Source of the DNA: Dehalococcoidia bacterium
GTDB taxonomy: Bacteria; Chloroflexota; Dehalococcoidia; DSTF01; RBG-16-68-14
Reading direction: 5' to 3'
Assembly: GCA_040882355.1 (NCBI GenBank)
Contig: JBBEBM010000004.1
Location: 112,482-176,481, forward strand
Length of the DNA: 64,000 bases
The notes beneath the pieces were generated by a model. The model made no database searches. It saw only the letters and a program-made list of their open reading frames with translations, and was not told the DNA's origin. Within the stretch, counting starts at the first letter, position 1, and every line of letters starts with the position of its first letter. Position numbers and translations under genes: made by a program. Below are positions 25,508 through 35,007 of the stretch, one piece after another.

Positions 25508-27418
25508 TCACGACAGCGGCGGGTCGTCGACGAGGGCCAGCTCCTCCGGCGAGGCGAGCTCGCGCAACATCTGGGGGAAGAGGGGCGGGTAGAGGTCGTA
25601 CAGGTAGCGGTACATCTCGATGACCAGCGCCTGGGTGTCGGCGACGGCGCCCCAGGCGCGCTGGATCTCGTCGGTGGCGAGGTAGGCGCCGCGGCAGTGG
25701 TCGCGCAGCGCTTCGAGCAGGTCGCCCAGGTCATCCGGCGCGTGCGGCGCCTTCGCCGCGGCGAGCCTTCCGTTTGCGTTCTGCGCCGCCCTGATCGCAG
25801 TCGTGGCTTGGCCGCGGCGCTCCTCGGCGCGGGCGAGGTGGTGGTGCGCCCACGAGACGTCGTCGCCGGCGCGCTCGCCGAGGCGCCCGATGCCCTGCCG
25901 AAGGTAGTCGACGCGGCGGTCGATGAAGAGCTCCAGCAGTCGCTCGAGGCCGACGAGCGAGGTCGGATCGAGCGGTTCGAACTCGGCGCAGGCCGCCTCT
26001 GCCTTCGCGTCGTCGCGCAGGTCTTCAAGCAACAGCTCCGCGATGCGGTGGCCGTGCAGGTAGGGGCGCTTCTGGCGGTCCTCGTCCGGCTGCCAGCCCC
26101 AGTTGTCCGCCTGCTTCATACTCCGGCTGTGCAGCGCGAGGCGTTCGCCTTTGCTCAGGCCTTCGTAACGATAGCCGCGCTCCCACCACGCCTGCGCAGA
26201 GAGCGGCACGACGAGCGGGTAGCCGAAGGCGCGTAGGAGCGCGTCGAAGACCTCGACGTGGAAGCGGCCCCACTCCCAGTAGATGAAGGGCCAGCGCCGG
26301 AAGACCTCCAGGTCGAAGTCGTAGCCGTCGATGGGGCCGGCGTCCAGCGGCGGGTAGTGGCCGTCGCAGCGGAGGACGGGGCGGATCTCCGGCGCCCACG
26401 ACACCTGGTGAAAGCGCAGGCGTGGCAGCGCCTTCGTCCGCGCGCCGGTGCGGTCGATGTACTCGTCCGGCGTGACGATGTGGAGGCGGGCGTCGCCGGG
26501 TCGCAGGCGTGAGAGCGCTTCGCCGATGATCTCCAGGGCGTCCTCGCCGTAGTCCATCAGCTCCAGGTCCTGGATGTAGAGCAGCAGGCCGCCGTCCGGC
26601 GCCTCCGCGATCGCTCGCTCGAGCACGCCGCGATACTCGTCGATCGCCTGCTCGCGCGTGATCGGGAAGTCGACGTGGCGCTGCTCGCGATACTCCTCGT
26701 TGAACACCCAGTACATGCCCAGGATGTAGCCTTGCAGTTTCAGCCCTTCCGGCTTCCACTTCGTGATCGGGCGCCAGATGTCCTGCGAGACGCCGAAGTG
26801 GCGGGGCAGCCCGATGATATCGTGCGCCATTACGAACGGCCCGTAAGGCGGGTTGCCCTCGCCGCCATCGAAGCGATAGCGGGCCTTGCGCGGGCTCAGG
26901 TTCGGGAAGACGATGTAGTCGATGCCCGCCCGTGCGAACGCCTCCAGCTTATGGGCGTCGATTGAGCCTTCCATCGGGAAGGCGCCGCGGTACTTGGGCG
27001 CGGGCGCGCCCATCACGTCGTGAACGAACTCCTGGTTCAGGCGGATCTCGTCGGCGATCTCTTCAACGGTGAGGAGCGTGCAGTGCGCGTGGTGAGCGCC
27101 GCCGTAGACCGGGTAGAGGGCGCCGCGCTCGAAGCCTCCCCGGAGCGCCTGATAGGTCTCCGGCGTGAACTCCTCGATCTGCATCAGCAGCTCGTTCGTC
27201 GCCTCCAGGCACATTGGCGCCTCGAGGCCTTCCGCGAGCTCCAGGAGTCGCAAGTAGACGTCGCGACCCGCTTCCGCGCGCTTGCGCACCCAGTTATCGG
27301 GGGTGAGCGCCTGGCGCATCTCCTCGTCGTCCACGGTCTTCAAGATGTGGACAGGCAGGTCCCACCACGGTTCGTGGGCGTGAAAGGCCAGGATCAGGTA
27401 GACGTCCTTGCCCGCCAT
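25508..27418 (-). CDS. Glycoside hydrolase family 57 protein
   Basis: 636 aa. N-terminal LILAFHAHEPWW and an acidic catalytic region typical of GH57 alpha-glucan-active enzymes. In an operon with glgC. Confidence 0.75.
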   Translation of the reverse strand: MAGKDVYLILAFHAHEPWWDLPVHILKTVDDEEMRQALTPDNWVRKRAEAGRDVYLRLLELAEGLEAPMCLEATNELLMQIEEFTPETYQALRGGFERGALYPVYGGAHHAHCTLLTVEEIADEIRLNQEFVHDVMGAPAPKYRGAFPMEGSIDAHKLEAFARAGIDYIVFPNLSPRKARYRFDGGEGNPPYGPFVMAHDIIGLPRHFGVSQDIWRPITKWKPEGLKLQGYILGMYWVFNEEYREQRHVDFPITREQAIDEYRGVLERAIAEAPDGGLLLYIQDLELMDYGEDALEIIGEALSRLRPGDARLHIVTPDEYIDRTGARTKALPRLRFHQVSWAPEIRPVLRCDGHYPPLDAGPIDGYDFDLEVFRRWPFIYWEWGRFHVEVFDALLRAFGYPLVVPLSAQAWWERGYRYEGLSKGERLALHSRSMKQADNWGWQPDEDRQKRPYLHGHRIAELLLEDLRDDAKAEAACAEFEPLDPTSLVGLERLLELFIDRRVDYLRQGIGRLGERAGDDVSWAHHHLARAEERRGQATTAIRAAQNANGRLAAAKAPHAPDDLGDLLEALRDHCRGAYLATDEIQRAWGAVADTQALVIEMYRYLYDLYPPLFPQMLRELASPEELALVDDPPLS

Positions 27419-27425
27419 GAGAGGC

Positions 27426-28718
27426 TTAGACGCTGAAGGGCGCCATGAGCTGCGGCGCGCGAAGGGTGCTGCCGCTGGGGAGGTAGTTGTCCTCCGGCAC
27501 GCTCACCACCACGCGCGGCCCGATCACGCAGTTCCGCCCGATGCGCAGGTCGGGCGGAACCTCCGCGCGCTTACCCACGATGGTCGCGCCGCTATTGACG
27601 ATGTCCGGCCGCTCACGGTTGGCTGTCCAGTCGTCGCCATAACCGACGCGGCAGCGGGCGCCGACCCGCACTTCCTTGTCGATGATCGAACGCTCGACAA
27701 CCGCACCGGCCTCGATGTGCGTGTCGTCGAAGATGATCGAGTCACGCACGATCGCGCCTTCTTCGATGAAGACGCCGGGCGAGATCACGGAGTGCTCCAC
27801 GTGGCCGTTGATGATGCAGCCCAGGTCGATAAGCGCGCGGCTGATTTCGGCGTGGCGTCCTATCTTCGCCGGCGGGTAGCCCGTGATGCCTGAACGGACG
27901 CGCATCTCCGGCTCGTACATGTCCAGCTCGGGCAGGTCGCCCAGGAGCTCCATGTTCGCCTCGAAGTACGACTCTATGGTACCGACGTCGCGCCAGTAGC
28001 CCTGATAGCGATAGCCGAAGACCTTGTGGCCGCCGTCGGCGACGAGCGGCGGAATCACGTTTCCACCGAAGTCGTGCCCGCTGCCGCCGCGGTTCGCGTC
28101 ACTGATGAGCGATTGCACGAGCACGTCCTTGTTGAAGAGATAGATGCCCATGGAGACCAGGTTGGAACGCGGCACGGCCGGCTTCTCGTCGAAGTCGACG
28201 ATCCGGTCGTCGTCGTCGACGAGCAACGTGCCGAAGCGGCTGGCGTCGTCCCAGGGCACGCCGTAGACGGGGATCGTGACATCGGCGCCGCGGGCCAGAT
28301 GGAAGGCCAAGAGCTCGTCGTAGGCCATCTTGTAGACGTGGTCGCCGGCCAGGATCAGGACGTGCTCCGCGTTCGACTCCTCGATGAAGTACAGGTTCTG
28401 GTAGACGGCGTCCGCTGTGCCGCTGTACCAGTCCGAGATCTCGCGCCCCAGGTAGGGCTGCAGGATGGAGACGCCGCCGCCCGCCCGGTCCAGGTCCCAT
28501 GGCCGGCCGATGCCGATGTGGTCGTTCAGCGAGCGCGGCCGGTACTGCGTGAGCACGCCGACGCGCGTGATGCCGGAGTTGGCGCAGTTGCTCAGAGCGA
28601 AGTCGATGATCCGGTAGCGCCCGCCGAACATCACGGCGGGCTTCGCGCGCTCCTCAGAGAGTACGCTGAGCCGGTCGCCCTGGCCGCCGGCGAGGATGAG
28701 GGCGATCAGTCGCTTCAT
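27426..28718 (-). CDS. glgC: Glucose-1-phosphate adenylyltransferase (ADP-glucose pyrophosphorylase)
   Basis: LAGGQGDRLSVLSEERAKPAVMFGGRYRIIDFALSNCANSGI is the GlgC N-terminal signature. It has a C-terminal left-handed beta-helix with hexapeptide repeats. True start at MKRLIAL; the upstream part of the track ORF is spurious. 4-nt overlap with the upstream GT4. Confidence 0.85.
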   Translation of the reverse strand: MKRLIALILAGGQGDRLSVLSEERAKPAVMFGGRYRIIDFALSNCANSGITRVGVLTQYRPRSLNDHIGIGRPWDLDRAGGGVSILQPYLGREISDWYSGTADAVYQNLYFIEESNAEHVLILAGDHVYKMAYDELLAFHLARGADVTIPVYGVPWDDASRFGTLLVDDDDRIVDFDEKPAVPRSNLVSMGIYLFNKDVLVQSLISDANRGGSGHDFGGNVIPPLVADGGHKVFGYRYQGYWRDVGTIESYFEANMELLGDLPELDMYEPEMRVRSGITGYPPAKIGRHAEISRALIDLGCIINGHVEHSVISPGVFIEEGAIVRDSIIFDDTHIEAGAVVERSIIDKEVRVGARCRVGYGDDWTANRERPDIVNSGATIVGKRAEVPPDLRIGRNCVIGPRVVVSVPEDNYLPSGSTLRAPQLMAPFSV

Positions 28719-30016
28719 AGGCGTGCCTCCTTGGCTGCGGGCGAGACCTCCATCGGCTTGGACGGCTCCAGCGCGGTGAGCTGGCGGAACATGCGCAGGT
28801 AGTCGCGGAGGTAGCGCGTGATCAGAAAGCGCTCGCGCACGTACTCGCGGCCGGCGGCGCCCATCTGGTCCGACCGTTCCTGATCGGCTAGGAGCGCGCC
28901 CACGCGCTGCGCGCACTCTTCAATGGTGTGTACCAGATAACCGGTCTCGCCATCGACGATCTGGAGCGGGATGCCGCCGACGTTACCCGCGACGACAGGG
29001 CGCCCCTTCCAGAGCGCCTCGGAGACGACGAGTCCGAACCCCTCGCGAACGGATTTCTGGACGACCACGTTCGCGCGCTGGAAGGCGTTCACCTCGACGT
29101 TGCCGACGCCGTTGAGGTTGGAGAGGATATGGATGTCGTAGTCCTCGCCGGCGCGGCGAACGGTGCGCTCGTACCAGGCCCAGCCCTCCGGATCGTCGTG
29201 GGCCATCGACGCGATCAACACGAGCTGCAGATCTGGTACCGTACGCTTCGCCTGACGATAGACCTCAATCACGCCCAGCGGGTCCTTCCACGGGTCGAAG
29301 CGTGAGATCTGGGCGATGAACGGCCGGCGGTGGTCGACGCCGTAGCGTTCGAGGAGCAGCTCGTAGGTCTCGGAGGAGAGCTCGACGTTCTTCGGGCTGA
29401 GCGGGTCGATAGCTGGCGGGATGATGAAGATCTGGGGCCCGCGCAGGTCTTCCTTGACGTAGTCAGGCGTGGTGAAGATGGCGCCATCGTATTCCAGGAT
29501 GTAGGGCTTGAGGATATCCCACGTCTGGACTTGCGCCTCGGTGAGGTCGATGTGGCAGCGCCACACCCACTTGCCGCCCGCGTGCGGCGAGCCCTCCGCC
29601 CGCAGGATCGCCGGGATCGCTGCCGGCTGCGGGTCGTGGACGAGGACGAAGTCGTAGCTCTCGTCGAAGCGCTCGGCGTTGAGATGGTTGTGGTGGAGCC
29701 AGATCTCGCGCAGCTCGGGTCGCCAGTCCACGTACATGCCCTGCAGGCTGTTATGCATCAGCTTGGTGACCTGGTAGAACTCGTCCGACCCGTGGATCAC
29801 TTGCCACTCGGCCTGCAGGCCGACGTCGTTCATCAGGGGCACGAGCGTGGCCAGGATCTCAGCCACTCCTCCGCCGAAGGAGGTCGAGTTGATGTGCAGG
29901 ACGCGCGCCCCGGCTAACGACGCCGCAAGCCGGCGAATCTCGTCGACGCGGTCATCGCCGATCACGGGACGGTAGTCGTCCAGCGCCTTGGGGGAAAACG
30001 GTACGGATCCGAGCAT
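28715..30016 (-). CDS. GT4 (GT-B) glycosyltransferase, TreT-like (NDP-glucose-dependent)
   Basis: 433 aa. A C-terminal Glycos_transf_1 core (E-x7-E region GFGLVVSEALWKGRPVV) and N-terminal features resembling trehalose glycosyltransferring synthase. Adjacent to glgC. Confidence 0.7.
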   Translation of the reverse strand: MLGSVPFSPKALDDYRPVIGDDRVDEIRRLAASLAGARVLHINSTSFGGGVAEILATLVPLMNDVGLQAEWQVIHGSDEFYQVTKLMHNSLQGMYVDWRPELREIWLHHNHLNAERFDESYDFVLVHDPQPAAIPAILRAEGSPHAGGKWVWRCHIDLTEAQVQTWDILKPYILEYDGAIFTTPDYVKEDLRGPQIFIIPPAIDPLSPKNVELSSETYELLLERYGVDHRRPFIAQISRFDPWKDPLGVIEVYRQAKRTVPDLQLVLIASMAHDDPEGWAWYERTVRRAGEDYDIHILSNLNGVGNVEVNAFQRANVVVQKSVREGFGLVVSEALWKGRPVVAGNVGGIPLQIVDGETGYLVHTIEECAQRVGALLADQERSDQMGAAGREYVRERFLITRYLRDYLRMFRQLTALEPSKPMEVSPAAKEARL

Positions 30017-30025
30017 CAGGCGGGA

Positions 30026-31279
30026 CTAGCGGCCTCCCCGAGTAATATCGGTCAGCAGCCGTAGCTCGTCCGCGAGGAAGCGGGTAATGAGGAAGTGCGA
30101 GGCGACGTGCGCGTGCCCGGCGCGGCCCAGGCGACGGGCCAGGTCCGGGTCGCGCAGAATGCGTGTCACGCGCTCGGCAAACTCGTCGGTGGTGTCGGCG
30201 AGGAAGCCGGTCTCGCCGTCCATCACCTGCTGGACGAGTCCGCCGGCCCGGGCGGCGACCACCGGCCGCTCCTTCCATTGGGCGTCCGCGATCCAGATCC
30301 CGAAGCCCTTGCGCAGCCCCATCTGGACGACGACGCTTGACGCGCGCTGGAACGCGTTCACTTCTGCGTTCCCCACCTCGCTCACGCCGCGCAGGATGTG
30401 CACGTCCGCGTACTCCATGGACTTGCGCACCGTCTCGTCGAAGTAGGCGATGCTGGCCGCGTCCTCGGGCGAGCTGCTGGCGATCAGGGCGAGCTGGAGC
30501 CCGGGCGCGTCTCGCCGCGCCATGTCGAGAACGTCGATCGCGCCCTGCATGTCACAGGCGGGGTCGCAGGGCGAGAGCTGGCAGAGGAGCGGTCGTGTTG
30601 GGTCGATGCCATAGCGCTCCAGGATCGTCGTCACCGTCTCGTCCGAGAGATACATGTTGCGCGGCCCGATCGGGTCGATCGCCGGCGGGATCAATGTCAC
30701 GGGGACGGCCCGCAAGTCCTGATGGACGAACTCGTTCGTGTCGAAGATCACCGCGTCGTAGGAGGTGACGTGATCGCGCAGCAGCGCCCAGGCGTCGGGG
30801 TGCGCGGAAGAGAGGTCCAGGTGAGAGTGGAAGACCCAGCGCGTCTTCCGGCGCGCCGCCTCCGGCACGAAGGAGCGGATGGCGGCAGGCTGCGGGTCGT
30901 GAACGACGATGACGTCGAAGGCGTCGCTCATGAGATCGGCGTTCATCGCGCTGTAGCGCAGCCAGACCTCGCCCAGCTCCGGCGACCAGTCCACGTCGGC
31001 GCCGGCCAGCGCCTGATAGAGCGCCTTGTTCGCAGCCGCCGACTCCTCGGCAGGGCGAACGACCTGCCAGTCGCAGGCGAGGCCCACATCGGACAGTAGC
31101 GGTACCGCCGCGTTGAGCAGCTCCGCGACGCCCGTTCCGAACGCGGTGACGCTCAGATGCAGGACGCGCAGGCCTTTGAGCGGTGCGGCGAGCTGCCTGA
31201 TCTCGTCGACGGCGCCCTCGCCGATGATCGGGCGATAGTCCTCCAGGGCCTTTGGTGTTAGGGCCAGCGTGCCGTACAT
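30026..31279 (-). CDS. GT4 (GT-B) glycosyltransferase, paralog of 28715-30016
   Basis: 417 aa. Same architecture as 28715-30016 and alignable with it throughout (DYRPIIG, VHDPQPAA, GFGIWIADAQWKERPVV). Confidence 0.7.
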   Translation of the reverse strand: MYGTLALTPKALEDYRPIIGEGAVDEIRQLAAPLKGLRVLHLSVTAFGTGVAELLNAAVPLLSDVGLACDWQVVRPAEESAAANKALYQALAGADVDWSPELGEVWLRYSAMNADLMSDAFDVIVVHDPQPAAIRSFVPEAARRKTRWVFHSHLDLSSAHPDAWALLRDHVTSYDAVIFDTNEFVHQDLRAVPVTLIPPAIDPIGPRNMYLSDETVTTILERYGIDPTRPLLCQLSPCDPACDMQGAIDVLDMARRDAPGLQLALIASSSPEDAASIAYFDETVRKSMEYADVHILRGVSEVGNAEVNAFQRASSVVVQMGLRKGFGIWIADAQWKERPVVAARAGGLVQQVMDGETGFLADTTDEFAERVTRILRDPDLARRLGRAGHAHVASHFLITRFLADELRLLTDITRGGR

Positions 31280-31557
31280 GCTTCCCTCCTGGCCCGCCCG
31301 GCAAAGAAACAGCCCGAAGCGGATGCCCGGGCCGGACAGGCCTCTCGCTTGCTGCCTACGGGGTTAGCTGTCGGGTTCGGGCTGAGAGGCTGCCCTATCC
31401 CCCGTTCCTTCGGGCGGAATTCACCCCGGTCTATGTGGGTCCCCCGCTTCTCCCAGAGAACTCGGCTCTTGTCAGCCGGTATGGTAGCGCGCCGCGTTCG
31501 AGGCTGTCAACGAGGGGTCGCCGGTGGTTGGTCGGCTGAGTGCCGCGGAACGAACGC

Positions 31558-32256
31558 CTATCGGGTCCGGCGCGCCTGCAGCGCTGCCCGCAGGAGGATC
31601 AGGGCGCCCGCGCCTGCCAGCAGCAGGAGCGCCCCTGACGGAACGCCATCGGATCCGGCGAGATCGCCGCCCCCGGCGGAGGGCAGGCTGACGCCGGCGC
31701 CGGCGTCACTTGCAGGCGGCGTAGGCGAGGAGCCGGCGCCTGCAAGGTTGCCGCCGGGCGCCGTGGCGGTCGCGGATGGACTGGAGGTGGGCGTCTCGGC
31801 TGGCGCCGCCGTGGCGGGCGCCTCGGTGGCCACCGGCTGGGTGGCTGTCGTTGTGCTGGCGGGCGTCGCTGTCGCCGCCGCGGTGCTCGTGGCAGTCGGC
31901 GTTGTGGTGGCGGTGGCGACTGGCGTGTCTGTGGGCGTGGCGGTGGGGGTGTTGGTCGCTGTTGGAGTCGATACTGGCGTGTGGGTCTCGGTAGCCGTGG
32001 TGGTGGGGCTGGAGGTAGGCGTGGCTGTCGCGGTCGGGGTATCCGTGGTTGTCACGGTTGGCGTGTCGGTGAGCGTATCAGTCGGAGTGGCGGTCGGCGT
32101 GTCCGTCGCGGGGCCCGTGGGCGTGTCTGTCTCGCAGAGGCAGGCAGCCGCAAGCGCGGGCTGCTGTTCGTCCGGCGGGCGCGCGGTGACGAGCACCAGG
32201 GCGATCGCGGCCGCGATCAAGGCCAGTGCCGCGAGCGGGCGAGGATTGATGATCAT
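31558..32256 (-). CDS. Thr/Pro-rich secreted repeat protein with a sortase-like C-terminal sorting signal (LPSAG + TM + RRTR)
   Basis: 232 aa. N-terminal signal peptide, about 120 aa of (T/P/A)-rich low-complexity repeats, then a C-terminal LPSAGGG, a hydrophobic stretch LLLLAGAGALILL, and a basic tail. Confidence 0.6.
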   Translation of the reverse strand: MIINPRPLAALALIAAAIALVLVTARPPDEQQPALAAACLCETDTPTGPATDTPTATPTDTLTDTPTVTTTDTPTATATPTSSPTTTATETHTPVSTPTATNTPTATPTDTPVATATTTPTATSTAAATATPASTTTATQPVATEAPATAAPAETPTSSPSATATAPGGNLAGAGSSPTPPASDAGAGVSLPSAGGGDLAGSDGVPSGALLLLAGAGALILLRAALQARRTR

Positions 32257-32434
32257 CCGAGGCTTCTCTCCATGATCAGCGTCGCTCAGGAGCGGCGCTC
32301 CGATGGTGATGTTCGACAGCCGGCGCCCGGATCGCCAGCCACCAAAGGGGCGACGCCGGGTCTGTCGAAGGGAGGACGAAGGCCGGTTTGCGCCGCCAAA
32401 CGGGTCGGCCTACCATGTCCGCAGCGAGCCCTCG

Positions 32435-33316
32435 ATGAACCAGCCTCCGAACCCCGCCCAACGCGTCTCCGCCATCCCGTTCCCTGATTCGTACACCCCG
32501 CCCGCACTTTCGAAGGACGCGCCGCGTTCGGAGCTGGACTCGTACCGCCAGACCCAGTTCCTGCTCGGGGACGACCTCCGGCTCTTCGGGGAGGGGATGA
32601 ACCTGCAGCTTCGCATCGTGCGCGACGCGTCGCCCTCGTCGTTTCGCAAGCACCCCTACGCCGCCCTGATGGGGCTCTGGTCGCGCACCTTTCTGACGCT
32701 CGCGGACGCCTGCCTGCTCACCGTGCGCGGCTCGTACGGCTCGTGCCCGGTGCTCGCGCGCGCCGCCTGCGAGTACATCGCGGCCCAGCACCAGCTCCAC
32801 TCGGGCGAAATGGATCTCTTCCTGGAATGGCTGGCGGCGAACCTGCGCCCGAACGACGAGTACAAGGCGACGGAGGTAGGCATGGGCCGCTACTTCGCGG
32901 GCGAGACCTTGGCGGGCGACGAACGGTTGCGCGCCGTCTACCGCCCGGCGAGCGAGCTCGGGCGGCCCAACTTCGGCGCGACGCTGCTCCAGGTCGGGCC
33001 GGAGTCGAACAACGTGCGTCTCGCGCTCAGCTTCGCGGACACGGCCTTCCACTTTGGCTGGGCGCAGCTCGTGCTGGGGTGGCTGCTTGCGCTCTGCGAG
33101 CGGCAGCTCGCCGTCGCTGTCCACGCCAAGGGCGTCTTCCCGATCCACGAAGACACGCATCGCGCCTACGCCGACTTCGCCCACAGAGTCGATCAAGTCC
33201 TCGCCAAGCACGACCGATGCTTCATTGAGGAAGTAGATGTCGGTTCGCACAGGCGGTTTCTGGTTCACGGCTTTCGACGGGCGCCCAGCGGTGCCGCGAA
33301 GAAGGTCCTCCTCTAG
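32435..33316 (+). CDS. Hypothetical protein (no recognised domain)
   Basis: ORF with good coding periodicity; start chosen at the internal MNQPPNP, because the upstream part of the track ORF is Arg-rich. Precedes two S33 peptidase genes. Confidence 0.4.
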   Translation: MNQPPNPAQRVSAIPFPDSYTPPALSKDAPRSELDSYRQTQFLLGDDLRLFGEGMNLQLRIVRDASPSSFRKHPYAALMGLWSRTFLTLADACLLTVRGSYGSCPVLARAACEYIAAQHQLHSGEMDLFLEWLAANLRPNDEYKATEVGMGRYFAGETLAGDERLRAVYRPASELGRPNFGATLLQVGPESNNVRLALSFADTAFHFGWAQLVLGWLLALCERQLAVAVHAKGVFPIHEDTHRAYADFAHRVDQVLAKHDRCFIEEVDVGSHRRFLVHGFRRAPSGAAKKVLL

Positions 33317-33335
33317 GCGCCCAACCTCAGCCCTG

Positions 33336-34868
33336 ATGCTTGTCGCCGCGGTTGCGGTCGCGGTGCTCGCTGTCGCCTGCGAGGGCGGGTCGGCACAACA
33401 GGCCAGCGCGCCGGCTCCCACGCCGACGATTTCGCCGACCCCGGGCCCGACCCCGTCGCCGGGCGAGCGCTACGAACGGATCGCCTGTCCGTTCGATGTT
33501 CCGCTCGGCCGCCTCATCGAGTGCGGGTACCTCCGGGTGCCTGAGAACCGCAACGACCCGCAGAGTCGCCACATCGAGCTGGCCGTGGCCGTCGCAAAGA
33601 GCGACAGCCCTGACCCGCGGCCCGATCCGATCGTGTACCTGGAGGGCGGTCCCGGCGGCAGCATCCTCAAGATCGCGCCGCAGGCCTTCGAAGGGTGGTT
33701 CTCGCCGTTCGTCGCGGAGCGGGACGTGATCATGTTCGATCAGCGCGGCATCGGACGCTCCAAGCCGGCGCTCGACTGCCCGGAGTTCAACGACGCCTAC
33801 GTCGATGCAGTCGAGCGGGGCGTGCGGAGGCAGGCCTTCAGCGACCTGATCGTGGGCGCGATGGCCTCCTGCCACGAGCGCCTCGCGGCGCGGGAGATCG
33901 ATCTCTCCGCCTACAACAGCGCCGAGAGCGCGGCGGACCTCCAGGACCTGCGTCTGGCGCTCGGCTACGAGCAGTGGAACCTGTACGGCATCTCGTACGG
34001 CACCAGGCTCGGCCTGACCGCGATGCGCGACTACCCGCAGGGCATTCGCAGCGTGATCCTCGATTCCAGCTATCCACCGCAGGCCGACCTTTACGCGGAG
34101 CTGGTGCCGAACGCCAGGCGCGCGTTCAACGAGCTCTTCGAGGGCTGCCGGCAGGACGGCGCCTGCAACGCGGCGTATCCCGATCTGGAGCGCGTCGTCT
34201 TCGAGGTGGCGGCCCGGCTGGACGCCGAGCCCGCCGATCTCTCCGTCTGGAACCCGGCCACCGACAAGACGATCGAGGCGAAGATGAGCGGCGACGTGTT
34301 CCTCTCGTCGCTGTTCCAGGCCCTCTATTCGACAGACGCGAACGCCTATCTGCCCGCCATCGTCTACGCGGCGTACGAAGGCGACGTCGAGCCGCTCACG
34401 CCGCTGTTGGGCGACCTCTTCTTCGTCCACGACAGCCTGTCCACGGGCATGCACTATTCGGTGCAGTGCCGTGAGGAGGTACCGTTCAGCTCCGCCGAGA
34501 ACGTCGCCGCGGCGGCACAAGCCGATGCTGGCCTGGCGCACGCGTTGGGAGAGCCGATCTTCGTCATCTGTGAGGACTGGGGTGTCGCGCAGCCTGATCC
34601 GAAGGAGAACCAGCCCGTACGCAGCGAGATCCCGACGCTGGTCCTGGCCGGCGAGTACGATCCGATCACGCCTCCGGCCTGGGGGCGCCTGGTCTCAGAC
34701 GACCTGACGAACAGCTTCTTCTTCGAGTTCCCGAACGTCGGTCATGGCGCGAGCGTCGCCGATATCTGTCCGCTCCTCATGACCCTCGCGTTCCTGGACA
34801 ATCCGACCGCTTCGCCGGACTCCTCGTGCATCGCCGAGATGCCGCCGCCCGATTTCGAGTTGCCGTAG
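33336..34868 (+). CDS. Alpha/beta-hydrolase S33 family peptidase lipoprotein (tripeptidyl/prolyl aminopeptidase-like), paralog 1
   Basis: Lipoprotein signal MLVAAVAVAVLAVAC, a TP-rich linker, GGPGGS oxyanion region, nucleophile elbow GISYGTRLG, and a C-terminal catalytic His (VGHGAS). Confidence 0.8.
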   Translation: MLVAAVAVAVLAVACEGGSAQQASAPAPTPTISPTPGPTPSPGERYERIACPFDVPLGRLIECGYLRVPENRNDPQSRHIELAVAVAKSDSPDPRPDPIVYLEGGPGGSILKIAPQAFEGWFSPFVAERDVIMFDQRGIGRSKPALDCPEFNDAYVDAVERGVRRQAFSDLIVGAMASCHERLAAREIDLSAYNSAESAADLQDLRLALGYEQWNLYGISYGTRLGLTAMRDYPQGIRSVILDSSYPPQADLYAELVPNARRAFNELFEGCRQDGACNAAYPDLERVVFEVAARLDAEPADLSVWNPATDKTIEAKMSGDVFLSSLFQALYSTDANAYLPAIVYAAYEGDVEPLTPLLGDLFFVHDSLSTGMHYSVQCREEVPFSSAENVAAAAQADAGLAHALGEPIFVICEDWGVAQPDPKENQPVRSEIPTLVLAGEYDPITPPAWGRLVSDDLTNSFFFEFPNVGHGASVADICPLLMTLAFLDNPTASPDSSCIAEMPPPDFELP

Positions 34869-35007
34869 ATCGGGCAAGCGCCCATCGCTGTCCCCTCCGT
34901 GTGTCTCTAGGCGAAGGTGTGTGCGCCGTCCTGTCAACGCGGCTTTTCGCTGGCGCTGCCGCGAACGTGCTGTTATAACGCGAAAGCGCGTCGACGAGGA
35001 GGCGGCG

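Noticed and set aside
28718-28916. N-terminal 66-codon extension of glgC
   Set aside because: Arg-rich and overlaps the upstream GT4 gene. The canonical GlgC start (MKRLIALILAGGQG) is internal.
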